Source: Sedimentisphaerales bacterium (GTDB taxonomy: Bacteria; Planctomycetota; Phycisphaerae; Sedimentisphaerales; SM23-30). Taken from it: 64,000 nt of DNA. Under the pieces are notes generated by a model, which saw only the letters and a program-made list of their open reading frames with translations, made no database searches and was not told the DNA's origin. The DNA is taken from the NCBI GenBank assembly GCA_963663965.2, contig CAXXFK010000013.1:128001-192000 (forward strand), written 5' to 3'. The translations under genes and the position numbers were made by a program. Below are positions 46,366-56,400 of this stretch, piece after piece. The number at the start of each line of letters is the position of its first letter. Position 1 is the first letter of the stretch.

Positions 46366-48084
46366 TTAATTAGTTTTTATCATATCTTGATCATTTTGCT
46401 CTTCAGAGGTGCCGGCCACGATGACCTCTTTCGGTTGATCCGGAATGTGCTGTTCCCACATTCCGTCCGGCCGAACCTGGAGAATACCGACATCGCGGAA
46501 GAAGCTCAGTTTGGCAATTCGGTGATCGACCAAAGCCCCGAGCAAATCATTCTGTGCCCTGACCAGCGAATCTTCAGATTGGAGCAGGAGACGAACGGTG
46601 CCACGGCCATATTTAAGCGAAAGTTTTTCCACCTCGACGCGCTGGCGGGCCAGATCCAGACCGATCTGCTGAATACGGTAGGTATCGGCGGTTTCTGACA
46701 GATTACGATAGGCGTCGCGAACACTCAGTTTAATTCCATCCAGTTCGCTGTCATAACTGCGTTGTTGCTGCTGTACTGAGATTAATGCCTGGCGATAAGC
46801 ATTTCTCTGGGATTTCTGATCAAGAGCTAAATCGGTTTCGAGACCTACCGAATACCGGCCTTTATTCAATCGTAAATCGACAAAATCCGTGCGCGGTTCG
46901 GAATTGACATTGGCGCTACCTACCAGATTGATTTGCGGCCCCAATCCTTCGGCGGCCAGAATCAGTTTTCGTTCCGAGTCATCCAGGCCATCTCGGGTAT
47001 TGGCCAGATCCAATCGCCAGTTCAGCGCCATCAGAATCGCCTCATCTTCCGTAAAGTCGATCGGGGTGATCCCTTCGTTTTCCAGATAGGTCAATTCGTT
47101 TGGATCCAGTCGAATCGGAGTTTCGATCGGCAGAGATAGTTTAATCTTGAAATTATCCAGTGAGGTTTCATAGCTGCGCCGTACGGAAACCAGGCTTTGT
47201 TCGGCGCTCAGCAAACTCTGTTCGGCTTCACCCAGATCATAGGCCGGACGCTGACCGACTTTCACTTCCATACGTAGCTGGTTAGTGGATTCTATCAGCC
47301 GTTGGTAACTGGCTTCCTGGATCATGACCCGGTTTTTTTGTTGAATCACCCGGTAATAGTCACTGATAACCGATACCACAAAATTCTGGCGATAGCGGTT
47401 AAATGACCGGATCTTATACATGACGGTTCGTTCCGCCTGGGTTAGATTTTCCCGGGCGGATTTGCCGGCGCCAGCGCCCAATAGCGGGGCGGCAACTGTC
47501 GCTGTAAGCACTGAACCAAGCGAGGTTTGTGGATCGCCAGTCAAAAAGCGCGCCCAATTTAAAGCCAGGCCAGTCCCAATTTGCAGGCCGTCGCCTACCA
47601 GAAAATCCTGATTGACACCTGTCGAACTGTTAACCGCAGTACTCTCATTGGTTCCCTGTTTACTGTAGGTGGCGTCCACGGTGCCAAACCACTGCATGGC
47701 ATACCGATGTCGGGTTAATGTCAGTCCCAGTACCGAAGAATAAAGCGATTCCTTCTGACTCTGGTATTCGCGGCTATAAAGGGTTGCCAGTTTCACCGCC
47801 TGGGCCAGATTGAGCATGCCTGATTCCGGAACTTGTTTCAGGATTTCTTCCTGGGTAGCGACTTTATCATCGACTTTATAATTGACTAAATAACCATAGT
47901 GATCCTGCCATTTATCTTCAATAATTTTATATACTTCTTTATCCGCCTGCTCTTTATATTGATCACGAGTGCAACCACCCATTCCCAAGATTAATGCGGT
48001 GATACCCAAAGTGATACTACCTCTAATGATTAAAACTCTGAACCAACCGGTGGGAACTTTTTTGCGTTGTCTTTTTAGATTCAT
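46366..48084 (-). CDS. TolC-family outer-membrane efflux lipoprotein
   Basis: Lipobox MGGC; L.L..AV.LA....REYQ..KE.LY...L.L...R; start moved to ATG 48084 (upstream extension is AT-rich non-coding). Confidence 0.85.
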   Translation of the reverse strand: MNLKRQRKKVPTGWFRVLIIRGSITLGITALILGMGGCTRDQYKEQADKEVYKIIEDKWQDHYGYLVNYKVDDKVATQEEILKQVPESGMLNLAQAVKLATLYSREYQSQKESLYSSVLGLTLTRHRYAMQWFGTVDATYSKQGTNESTAVNSSTGVNQDFLVGDGLQIGTGLALNWARFLTGDPQTSLGSVLTATVAAPLLGAGAGKSARENLTQAERTVMYKIRSFNRYRQNFVVSVISDYYRVIQQKNRVMIQEASYQRLIESTNQLRMEVKVGQRPAYDLGEAEQSLLSAEQSLVSVRRSYETSLDNFKIKLSLPIETPIRLDPNELTYLENEGITPIDFTEDEAILMALNWRLDLANTRDGLDDSERKLILAAEGLGPQINLVGSANVNSEPRTDFVDLRLNKGRYSVGLETDLALDQKSQRNAYRQALISVQQQQRSYDSELDGIKLSVRDAYRNLSETADTYRIQQIGLDLARQRVEVEKLSLKYGRGTVRLLLQSEDSLVRAQNDLLGALVDHRIAKLSFFRDVGILQVRPDGMWEQHIPDQPKEVIVAGTSEEQNDQDMIKTN

Positions 48085-48616
48085 AGTGCTTTGGTCTGAA
48101 ATAAATGGATAAGTCGATTGTTTCAGGCTACTATTCTTGCCTGGTCTTTTTTTTGATAATCGGTAAAAGATGCAATCAGTATCAAGAAGCAAAATGAGCT
48201 GATAATCTCTTGCTGATGCCATTTTAAACGCAATTTTGGAATTTAGCAGGTGAATTTTTTTATATAAATTTAAAAAAATGTAAAAGTTTTGTAAAGTAAG
48301 GGCCGGCGCCAGAGAAATCTGGTATGAGAAGTGTAAATCGAAGGATTCAGTTAAGAAATTCAAGTTTGTTATTGAACTTGATTCGGAAATTTAAAAGCGA
48401 CCGCAGATAATTTTCTATTTATCCGGCTTGGAAAGAGGAGTTTTTTATATTAATTTTTTAAACAATTGAAGTTTTCATAGAATCCTGGAACAAATAATAT
48501 AAAGAAGAATGAATTTATAGACAGGTTTTCTTGAAAAATAAAGATCAATGTGATGTAGATGATCTAATATAATTTCAAGAAATTCAAAAATTGCATAACA
48601 TGAATTTTGTGGACAT

Positions 48617-48651
48617 AAAAGGGACCACGATACTTTTCAGTCTCGTGGTCC
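48617..48651 (-). terminator. Probable intrinsic terminator
   Basis: ggaccacga/tcgtggtcc stem with A4 on the left. Confidence 0.55.
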
Positions 48652-48716
48652 GGGGAGTTAACAGGTAGGGTGGTTTATTCTGTTTCGTTCATTAACCAGA
48701 GTTTGAATCACTGGAT

Positions 48717-49295
48717 TTAGTGCATGACAGACAGCGTTTCATCAATACAATCGACGATTTTTGTTATTTCGAGGGGCCGTTCGATACAATTATCGAAACC
48801 CTGCTGTAGTAAAGCCTGAATTTCTCCTTCGGTCAGGTGACCCGTAACGGCGATGATACGGGTATCCTGTAATTCCGGATTTTGGCGAATAATCGCACTG
48901 ACTTTTTTGATGTCAATATCTTCAATCATAATATCGACTAAAATGATTTGTGGTCGGAACTGCTCGGCAATAAGTCCGGCGTCAAAACCGCCTTCGGCAA
49001 TTTGAGCTTCATAACGGCCATCGTTTTGCATCTGCTGGGCAAGAGTCCGGGCCAGTTCGGGATTCTTGTCGATTATGAGCACTTTGACGAGACCGCCATC
49101 CAGGCCATTGAGCGGGATTCCGTGGGCTTTCATGAAACGGATCAGTTGAGCGACGGGAATCCGCCGATCCTTGCTGCCCGGGATGCGATATCCCCTTAGC
49201 TGGCCGGTGTCGAACCATTTTGAAACCGTGCGGGGCGCCACATTGCAAATTTTGGCAACCTGGCCGGTAGTCAGTACATCTTTAGCCTTATCCAT
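48717..49295 (-). CDS. Response regulator with N-terminal excisionase/MerR-like HTH
   Basis: TTGQVAKIC.VAPRTVSKWFD.G.LRGYRIPGS.DRRIP followed by a receiver domain. Confidence 0.9.
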   Translation of the reverse strand: MDKAKDVLTTGQVAKICNVAPRTVSKWFDTGQLRGYRIPGSKDRRIPVAQLIRFMKAHGIPLNGLDGGLVKVLIIDKNPELARTLAQQMQNDGRYEAQIAEGGFDAGLIAEQFRPQIILVDIMIEDIDIKKVSAIIRQNPELQDTRIIAVTGHLTEGEIQALLQQGFDNCIERPLEITKIVDCIDETLSVMH

Positions 49296-49533
49296 GATCG
49301 ATTACCATTCGATTACCTGTAGATTCTCTCATCCAAAGCGGATTCCGGCGGCATATCAGACCGCCTCGAAAAGCAATTGTATCCTTTACAATTGTTAAAT
49401 CGGCATTCATTGTGCTGAGATTCAGATACAAGTATATTATTTTAATAAATATTCCATAGTTTACGGTTTTTGAGTCGGAATAACCGGTCGCCAGGTTTCT
49501 GGCTCGTACACCACAGTAATTGAAACAAGGTTA

Positions 49534-52020
49534 TCAGACCTCTGATTGCCGGATTGAGTTTTGTGGCACCGTGGTTTTTATGGCTTGTTCTATCGCCGAG
49601 CTCCGTTGCCTGATACGCTGTAAGTCATTGGCGGGTCGACTGTGACTGGGCTGTGGGATTTCCATCCGTTTTCGAATGCGTTCGAGTTCCTGCCGAAGCG
49701 ATTTATTGTCCCGAGTCAGAGTAAGAACTTTACGATAAGTATCAACCAGCTCTTGTGAGCGCTGAACCAGAGTTTGTTTTATCGTTACTTTATCGACGTT
49801 GAGAATATTTTCCTGCTGACGATGAACGCCAATGCGGTTTTTCAGTTGCGTATTGGATTGAGTTAAGGATTGACTCTGCCGTCGGTTATCCTGAAGTTCC
49901 TGACGCAGCTGACCCACCAGCTGATTCATGCTGTCAGCGGCCTGATTCCATTCGATTTTTTCCTGTTCGTATTGTTTTTTGATTAAATCGTTCTGCGCGG
50001 CAATTTGTCGGTGCAACTGGATTTCACGATCCAGTTGGCGCCGGATTTCTTCGGTTTGACTCTTCAAATTCTGGATTGCCTGATCCTTTTCTCTGATCTC
50101 GGCATGCTTTTGATTTTTTTCGGATTGATGCGCATTTTGAATTTTGTCGATTTGATCAATCAGTTCCGTTCGCAGAATCTTTTCATGGCGAATCTTTTCT
50201 TCGAGCCAATCCTTTTGCTGTTCCCATTTTCGATGTTCAATTTCAGCATTTTCGGATAAGTTCTTCATGGACTGTTCCAATTCATCATGCTGACGACGAT
50301 AGGAATCGCGAAGCTCATCCAATTCTGACTGCAGCCGGCGATGGGTGGCCTGATGCCGCTGGATTTCGGCTTCGAGATCGCATCGTTCCCGGGTCCATTG
50401 TTCCAGGAGGTGATGATGTTCGACCTGCGTGGCATTCAGGGCATCTTGAGAATCCCCCCAGTTTTTAGTAATTCGTTCAATTTCATTTTTTAGCTGGATT
50501 TCCAATTGATCCATGGCGTATTGCAAGTTGGCCCTGGCCTGTTCGTGAGCATCCCGGGCAGTTTGCATTTTTTCTTCCCAGCCATTTTCCAGTTGCTCGA
50601 TTTTACGAATATGGTCAGCGTTTGCCTGATCCTGATGGGCCTGGAACTCCGTTTCCATATGCTGGCGTAAACCCTGCCATTCTTTTGACCGGCGTTCCAG
50701 TTCATCATAAGCGTGGATCAGGAAAAGTTCAACTTCACGACGTTCATTTTCCAGCTGCCCGATCAGCTGATTGTCCTGCTGGCGCAAGGCCTGCCAGTGT
50801 TCTTCCTTATGTTGAATCTGGATTTGAAGTTGATTGATTTCTTCATCCAATTGATGGTGATTTTCTTTTATGGCCGCAATTTCTGTCAGGCGGTTTTTTT
50901 GTAGTTTGAGTTCCGCTTCCGTTTCTTCCCGTAAGGCAATTTCTTTGCGCAATTTATTATGCAGATCATCCCGAATATGAATCCAGGCATCCTTGCGAGA
51001 CTGGTAATCCTGTTGCAGGGCGGTTAAGGTTGATTCGATTTCAAGACGATGGGTTGTTTCACGCTGACATTTTTCTTCGAGTTCAATACGCTGGGTATTC
51101 CAGTCTTGACGAGCCGTATCAAGTTGTTGGAATGTCTGTTGCAGCGTATTTTCCAATTCTTTGTATTCCGCTTGTTTTTCGCGGAGTTCCTGTTGAAACC
51201 GTTTACGCTGATATTCCCAGTTCCTGAGTTGTTCTTTCAGTTTATCCTGATGCTCACGGAGTTGTGTGTTGGTTTTTTTATGATCAGCCAGAGTCTGTCT
51301 GACTTTTTCAGCCAGTTCGGCCTTTTCGGCTGCCCATCTTTCAACACGCCGGTTGAGCTCATCTTGCAATGAAGCCATCGTTTCATTGAGGGTATCACAG
51401 GTAGCGGATTTTTGCTGTAATTGCACGGCAAGCCGATCATTTTCCTGCCGATAAGATTCCATATCCTGTTTATGTTGTTGTTGAATTTGAATGAGAAGTT
51501 CTTCCGCCTGGCGTCGTTGCTGGCGCGATTGATCCAGCTCAGATAAAATTTGAGCGCGCTCTCGCGCCCATTCATCGATGCGCTGCTGGATTTCCTGTCG
51601 AGAGCGTTCCAGTGATTTTTCAGTTTCACGATGACGTGCAACTTCCTGTTTGAATTCTGCCATAAGCCCCGATTTTTCCGCCGCCCATTTTGCTGTTCTG
51701 TCCTTCATGTTGAATTTCAGTGTTTCAAGAGCTGATTCCGCAGAAAGACGTTCCTGCTGTTCCTGCTCAATAAGTTCTTCCAACTGGCGCCGCCGAACGG
51801 TCCATTCCCGTGAACGTTCATTCAGATTTTGGGTGACCAGGCGGAGTTCTTCTTCTGCTTGCCGGCGATAACTGATCTGCTGAGATAATTCCCGGCTGGC
51901 AGAATCCAGTTCCTGTGATTGTCGAATAATCTGTTGTTGAGATTGACGTTGGGCATCTTGCAGGTGCTTGTATTCGCCCATCATATGATTCATCTCTTCT
52001 GTAATTTCTTGCCATTCCAT
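49534..52020 (-). CDS. Long coiled-coil protein with 39-residue repeats
   Basis: ~828 aa, E/Q/R/L-rich, almost Pro-free; W/Y every 39 aa; start moved to ATG 52020 (GAGG RBS). Confidence 0.85.
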   Translation of the reverse strand: MEWQEITEEMNHMMGEYKHLQDAQRQSQQQIIRQSQELDSASRELSQQISYRRQAEEELRLVTQNLNERSREWTVRRRQLEELIEQEQQERLSAESALETLKFNMKDRTAKWAAEKSGLMAEFKQEVARHRETEKSLERSRQEIQQRIDEWARERAQILSELDQSRQQRRQAEELLIQIQQQHKQDMESYRQENDRLAVQLQQKSATCDTLNETMASLQDELNRRVERWAAEKAELAEKVRQTLADHKKTNTQLREHQDKLKEQLRNWEYQRKRFQQELREKQAEYKELENTLQQTFQQLDTARQDWNTQRIELEEKCQRETTHRLEIESTLTALQQDYQSRKDAWIHIRDDLHNKLRKEIALREETEAELKLQKNRLTEIAAIKENHHQLDEEINQLQIQIQHKEEHWQALRQQDNQLIGQLENERREVELFLIHAYDELERRSKEWQGLRQHMETEFQAHQDQANADHIRKIEQLENGWEEKMQTARDAHEQARANLQYAMDQLEIQLKNEIERITKNWGDSQDALNATQVEHHHLLEQWTRERCDLEAEIQRHQATHRRLQSELDELRDSYRRQHDELEQSMKNLSENAEIEHRKWEQQKDWLEEKIRHEKILRTELIDQIDKIQNAHQSEKNQKHAEIREKDQAIQNLKSQTEEIRRQLDREIQLHRQIAAQNDLIKKQYEQEKIEWNQAADSMNQLVGQLRQELQDNRRQSQSLTQSNTQLKNRIGVHRQQENILNVDKVTIKQTLVQRSQELVDTYRKVLTLTRDNKSLRQELERIRKRMEIPQPSHSRPANDLQRIRQRSSAIEQAIKTTVPQNSIRQSEV

Positions 52021-52409
52021 AAGGATGCCTCGTAAAAAGAACAAGCTTAGACCTGGTATCACATCCAGGGATTATTGTTCTCATCGTTACAAACCGACTA
52101 ATCCTTAAGGATTACCTTTCTCAACCGATGGAGTCTGTCGAATGATTCAATAAAACGGCGACATTTTGGGCGGCCCTATATGATCGAAATGAATAAATAG
52201 AATGCCAATGCGATTGTTTCCGATACTGATATGACGTTTTTATAGGGTCCCTTGAAGAAATTTGAATCGATTTGAATCTGGTCAGAAAATATTTGTAATT
52301 TATAAAAAAAGCCCCAAAATAAGAACTTAATGAATTATTCGGACGCGCTTAATATTGGTAGCGTCAGGCCGAACAAGGTATTGATTAATGATTGAATGGA
52401 GTCAGAATT

Positions 52410-53558
52410 ATGATTAGATCATTCTTATTGAAGGTAATTTTATTGGCAGTGTTGATCATAACAGGATGTAAAAGTAAGCCAGCTAAAGATTATGGTCATC
52501 AGTTACCACCGGGTCGTGTGGCTTTAGAAAAAATTACTGATCCGGCCAAAATACCTGATTTTACCTGGGCTTGTTCGAATTTAAAGGATCTGGAAATTGC
52601 CATCAATAACAGTCTGGATTATTACAATCATCAATCCAGCCAGGCGTATTTCCCCTATCTGGACATCACCCATGAGCGGGCAGTCGCCAGTTTAAAGGCC
52701 TTTAAAGATTTGTTTCAGATGAACTTAAGCGCCGATGAGTTGAATCGGATTATTCGCGAACGTTTCGATGTGTACCGTTCGGTAGGTTGTGATGGATTAG
52801 GGACTGTCTTGTTTACCGGTTATTATTCACCGATTTTCGATGGATCATTAACGCAGACAGGACTTTATCAGTACCCGCTATATAAGCAACCTCCTGATTT
52901 GATAAAGGGTCCTGATGGGACGATTTTAGCCCCTTATCCACCACGAAGCCAATTAGAGTCATCGGGTAAGTTGAAAGGGTTGGAACTGATCTGGTTGAAA
53001 GATCCATTCGAGGTCTATGTCGCTCATGTGCAAGGATCGGCTTTGATTCGACTGCCCGATGGGAAAATGGTGACAGTGGGTTATGCTGCGAATAACGGGC
53101 AGGATTATAAGAGTATCGGACTTGAGCTGGTCAAAGATGGCAAACTGTCTGCGAAGGAGTTATCCCTGGCGCGAATGATCGAGTATTTTCAACAACACCC
53201 TGGTGACGTGGTGACTTATGTTAACAGAAATCCGCGTTTTGTGTTTTTTCAGTTGGGAGAAGGCCGTCCTCGCGGAAGTTTAAATACTCCGGTCATTCCT
53301 TATCGATCCATTGCTACCGATAAAGCCGTCTATCCCCGGGGTGGTTTGGCTTATATCAAAACGCATCTTCCCACTTTGAATGGTTATCGCATATCTGAAC
53401 AACCATACGGAGGATTTGCGCTGGATCAAGATACCGGGGGAGCCATCCGTGCCCCGGGACGATGTGATGTGTATATGGGTCAAGGGGCGCTCGCCGGTCG
53501 GTTGGCGGGGCATACCTACCGTGAAGGGAATATCTATTATTTATTTGTAAAAGAATGA
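52410..53558 (+). CDS. mltA: Membrane-bound lytic murein transglycosylase A
   Basis: Lipobox ITGC, LFTGYY.P, HVQGS, Y..NG..Y.SIG, NP.FVFF, 3D domain SIATD..DQDTGGAI....R.D.Y.G.G. Confidence 0.92.
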   Translation: MIRSFLLKVILLAVLIITGCKSKPAKDYGHQLPPGRVALEKITDPAKIPDFTWACSNLKDLEIAINNSLDYYNHQSSQAYFPYLDITHERAVASLKAFKDLFQMNLSADELNRIIRERFDVYRSVGCDGLGTVLFTGYYSPIFDGSLTQTGLYQYPLYKQPPDLIKGPDGTILAPYPPRSQLESSGKLKGLELIWLKDPFEVYVAHVQGSALIRLPDGKMVTVGYAANNGQDYKSIGLELVKDGKLSAKELSLARMIEYFQQHPGDVVTYVNRNPRFVFFQLGEGRPRGSLNTPVIPYRSIATDKAVYPRGGLAYIKTHLPTLNGYRISEQPYGGFALDQDTGGAIRAPGRCDVYMGQGALAGRLAGHTYREGNIYYLFVKE

Positions 53559-53598
53559 TGATTATATAAAGAACCGGGTATTAACCGATAGTAATAAG

Positions 53599-54612
53599 AT
53601 GAGATACCCGATTTTGATAAGTCCTATAATCAGTTGTTTTGTTCTGATATTCGCTTATGTCGGATTGTCGCAATTGTCAGGACAGACTGACAATGGGAAT
53701 CCAGGCATTTTTGCGGTAAAATATCATAACGCAATTGAAGATCCCCTGCATTTGCAGAAATCTCAGGTTTATGATATTTATGGCGAGTTTGCGATGCGCG
53801 GCACTGCGCTGCATGCACCCTCATTGCGTAAGATGTTCAATACGGCGATCCGGCAATTGACGGGACTGTCAGATGAATCGAAAGCATGGCGGCAGTATAT
53901 TGGCGATAATGAGCGGGTTGCGCTGGTGTTCTGTTCGGTAGGCGAAAGAGAGTTGGGCACCAACAGTCAGTTTTGCGGCAGTTTATTACAGACTTTATAT
54001 CGTTGTGACTATCACCCCGAGAATTTTTTAATAGTGGGCTTGAAAGAATTGCCAGATGAGGCAAAGGGGACGATGCCTTATCTTTATGGCTGGCAGGACA
54101 ATCCAGTGGATTTTTATAGTGACAGCGATGATCTGGCCCTCTGGCTCAATCAGGTCGACGCCATTATCGATATTCCAACGATTATGGATGACAATATTTT
54201 TGGGATGCGGGGATGTCTGACCAATTTAAGCTGGCCATTGATCAAATCGCCGGCTCGCTTGTATGTTTCCGGTGGCGATCCATTTATCTGCGATATCTAT
54301 CGTTTGCCTCAGATACGGGGTAAAGTTCGACTGCATATTGCCAATAGTTTACGCATTTTATGTTATGGCGGACCGGAAGTTTTACCGGCTTATATCAAGC
54401 AAACCGGTTCCATTTTGGTGAGTACCGATCCGGTGGCTTTGGACCGGGTCGCGTTGGAATTGATCCGGAGGGAACGCCGGTTAATGCCTTTACCTCGAGG
54501 GGCTGATTTACAGATTGATGCCGGATATCTGGAGACTGCGGAAGCAATGGGTTTAGGGTATCGCGACTTGAATTTTATCGATTATCAACGGATGGCTCAC
54601 GATAAAAAGTGA
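53599..54612 (+). CDS. DUF362-domain protein (exported)
   Basis: M...AI..LTG.....AW..YI....V, LHIAN.L.....GGP, ILVS.DPVA.D.V. Confidence 0.7.
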   Translation: MRYPILISPIISCFVLIFAYVGLSQLSGQTDNGNPGIFAVKYHNAIEDPLHLQKSQVYDIYGEFAMRGTALHAPSLRKMFNTAIRQLTGLSDESKAWRQYIGDNERVALVFCSVGERELGTNSQFCGSLLQTLYRCDYHPENFLIVGLKELPDEAKGTMPYLYGWQDNPVDFYSDSDDLALWLNQVDAIIDIPTIMDDNIFGMRGCLTNLSWPLIKSPARLYVSGGDPFICDIYRLPQIRGKVRLHIANSLRILCYGGPEVLPAYIKQTGSILVSTDPVALDRVALELIRRERRLMPLPRGADLQIDAGYLETAEAMGLGYRDLNFIDYQRMAHDKK

Positions 54613-54652
54613 GTGATAGTCGGTTTGACAGTATTTTTTATCCTGAGGTGAT

Positions 54653-55537
54653 CTATCCCAGAATAGCTTTTTTCATGGCTGAGATATGAGCTGGTCCAGT
54701 GCCACAGCAGCCGCCAATGATGTTGGCTCCGGCCTTGACCAGCAGGGGGGCTTTTTGGGCCATTTGTTCGGGTGTTTCTTTAAAGACGGTTCTGCCATCT
54801 TCCAGAGTGGGCATGCCGGCATTGGGCATGGCCATAATGGGTGTGTCGGGCGCGTTGTCTTTGAGTATCTTGACCATTTCAATGGCGTGGTCCGGCCCGG
54901 TGCCACAATTGACGCCGATAATATCAGCGCCCAGTTCAACCATCGCTCGAGCGAAAACATCGGGACGGATTCCCATCATGGAGGCGTAACCCCCATTGGC
55001 CTGCGGATCAAACGTGAAGCTGGCGATCACTGTCAGGGAGGTGTTGGCTTTAGCCGCTTTGACCCCGGCGGCACATTCTTCCAGGGCCGTCATCGTTTCG
55101 ATAATAACCAGGTCAGCGCCTCCTGCTTCGAGGCCTTTTGCCTGTTCAGCAAAAGCGGCGATGAAGTTTTCTTCGGGTTCAAGTCCCAAAGGCGCCATGA
55201 ATTCGCCAGTTGGACCAATGCTGCCCAGGACGTATTGGGTATCGCCGGCAACTTCCCGGGCAATGCGGGCAGCGGCGGCATTGAGTTCGAAACAGCGTTC
55301 AGCCAGATTGTAATGGCGGAGTTTATAGGGTGACCCACCGAATGTGTTGCATTCGACAATATCACTGCCCGCGGCCCGATACTGACGATGAATATCCATT
55401 ACATCTTCAGCCCTGTCGACGCACCAGAGTTCCGGACATTGGCCTGGTTGGAGGCCTTTGGCTTGAAGAAATGTTCCCATTGCCCCGTCACAGAACAGAA
55501 TTTCACCATTTTTCAAACGCTCGAGAATCGACTGCAT
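54653..55537 (-). CDS. Stand-alone homocysteine S-methyltransferase domain protein (MetH N-terminal-like)
   Basis: DGAMGT.L, AG.DI...NTFG, GSIGPTG, IETM, G.NCG, PNAG.P, IIGGCCGT.P.HI. Confidence 0.92.
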   Translation of the reverse strand: MQSILERLKNGEILFCDGAMGTFLQAKGLQPGQCPELWCVDRAEDVMDIHRQYRAAGSDIVECNTFGGSPYKLRHYNLAERCFELNAAAARIAREVAGDTQYVLGSIGPTGEFMAPLGLEPEENFIAAFAEQAKGLEAGGADLVIIETMTALEECAAGVKAAKANTSLTVIASFTFDPQANGGYASMMGIRPDVFARAMVELGADIIGVNCGTGPDHAIEMVKILKDNAPDTPIMAMPNAGMPTLEDGRTVFKETPEQMAQKAPLLVKAGANIIGGCCGTGPAHISAMKKAILG

Positions 55538-55890
55538 GCTTGCTCCTGATATTGGTTTAAGTGTCAGATTTTATCTCAGGCAGTATAACAGTAAAAAGTT
55601 GGTCAATTCAATCATAATGTTTATTTAATGATGGGTCATTCATTTCGTTAACAAAATGATAAAGCAATTCGACAAGTGGGTGAAAAACTGTTTTTTTTAT
55701 CTGGATTTTGAAAAAATCGGACCTATGGGAATGGTATGAAGGTGCTGGTTTATTTCATGATGGAGTCACGAGGTATCGTCCTGCAGATAAATGATGTAAG
55801 TGTTTTAAATAAAGAGAATAACATAGTAAATTGTGATTGCCCATATCATGATAGAGTGTCTGATAAATTAGAAGATATTGGTTTTTTTAT

Positions 55891-55919
55891 TTGCATATAC
55901 GACAATTGTCGTATATATT
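55891..55919 (+). promoter_or_regulatory. Promoter with perfect 22-bp palindromic BlaI-type operator
   Basis: ATATACGACAA|TTGTCGTATAT at 55895-55916, overlapping TTGCAT-N17-TATATT. Confidence 0.8.
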
Positions 55920-55950
55920 CTAAATGTGTCGTAATATGGAGATATGAATT

Positions 55951-56364
55951 ATGGCGAAAATCTTAAAGAATGAATCGAATAATGAATTAACCGAAGCCGA
56001 ATGGGCAATAATGAAGATTGTCTGGCGGGAAGAACCGTGTACGGCAGGGACGGTGCAGGAGGCGCTGGCCCGGACCAGGGAATGGGCCTATAGTACAGTA
56101 AAGACGACGATGGACCGGATGGTTAATAAAGGATTGCTTGAACTGGAACGCATCCGTAATCTGCAATTGTTCCGGTCGAAAATATCTGAACAAGAGGCGC
56201 GTCGTGGCGAGTTTCGCAAGATGCTTAAGCGGGCGTTTGACGGGGCTTTGACACCTATGATGCAGTTTCTGGTGGAGAATGAGGAGTTTAGTCAAGATGA
56301 TCTGGAGCAGTTGCGGCAATTAACCGAGAAACTGCATCCCGAACGGAGCGAAACAAACAGGTGA
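55951..56364 (+). CDS. BlaI/MecI/CopY family transcriptional repressor
   Basis: LT.AEW.IM..VW, WAYSTV.T.M.R...KG.L, F.G....M..FL. Confidence 0.93.
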   Translation: MAKILKNESNNELTEAEWAIMKIVWREEPCTAGTVQEALARTREWAYSTVKTTMDRMVNKGLLELERIRNLQLFRSKISEQEARRGEFRKMLKRAFDGALTPMMQFLVENEEFSQDDLEQLRQLTEKLHPERSETNR

Positions 56365-56400
56365 TGATATGGTCTTGTTTAATATTAAGGGGTTTTAGTT

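Noticed and set aside
48085..48363. 93-aa N-terminal extension of the TolC ORF
   Set aside because: AT-rich intergenic sequence with TTG start; the lipoprotein signal begins after ATG 48084
49534..52020. SMC/SbcC or phage tape-measure identity for the coiled-coil protein
   Set aside because: No Walker A/B heads or hinge, no TM segments, and no phage genes nearby
55540..55890. SAM/cobalamin riboswitch upstream of the homocysteine methyltransferase
   Set aside because: AT-rich, with no conserved aptamer motifs visible
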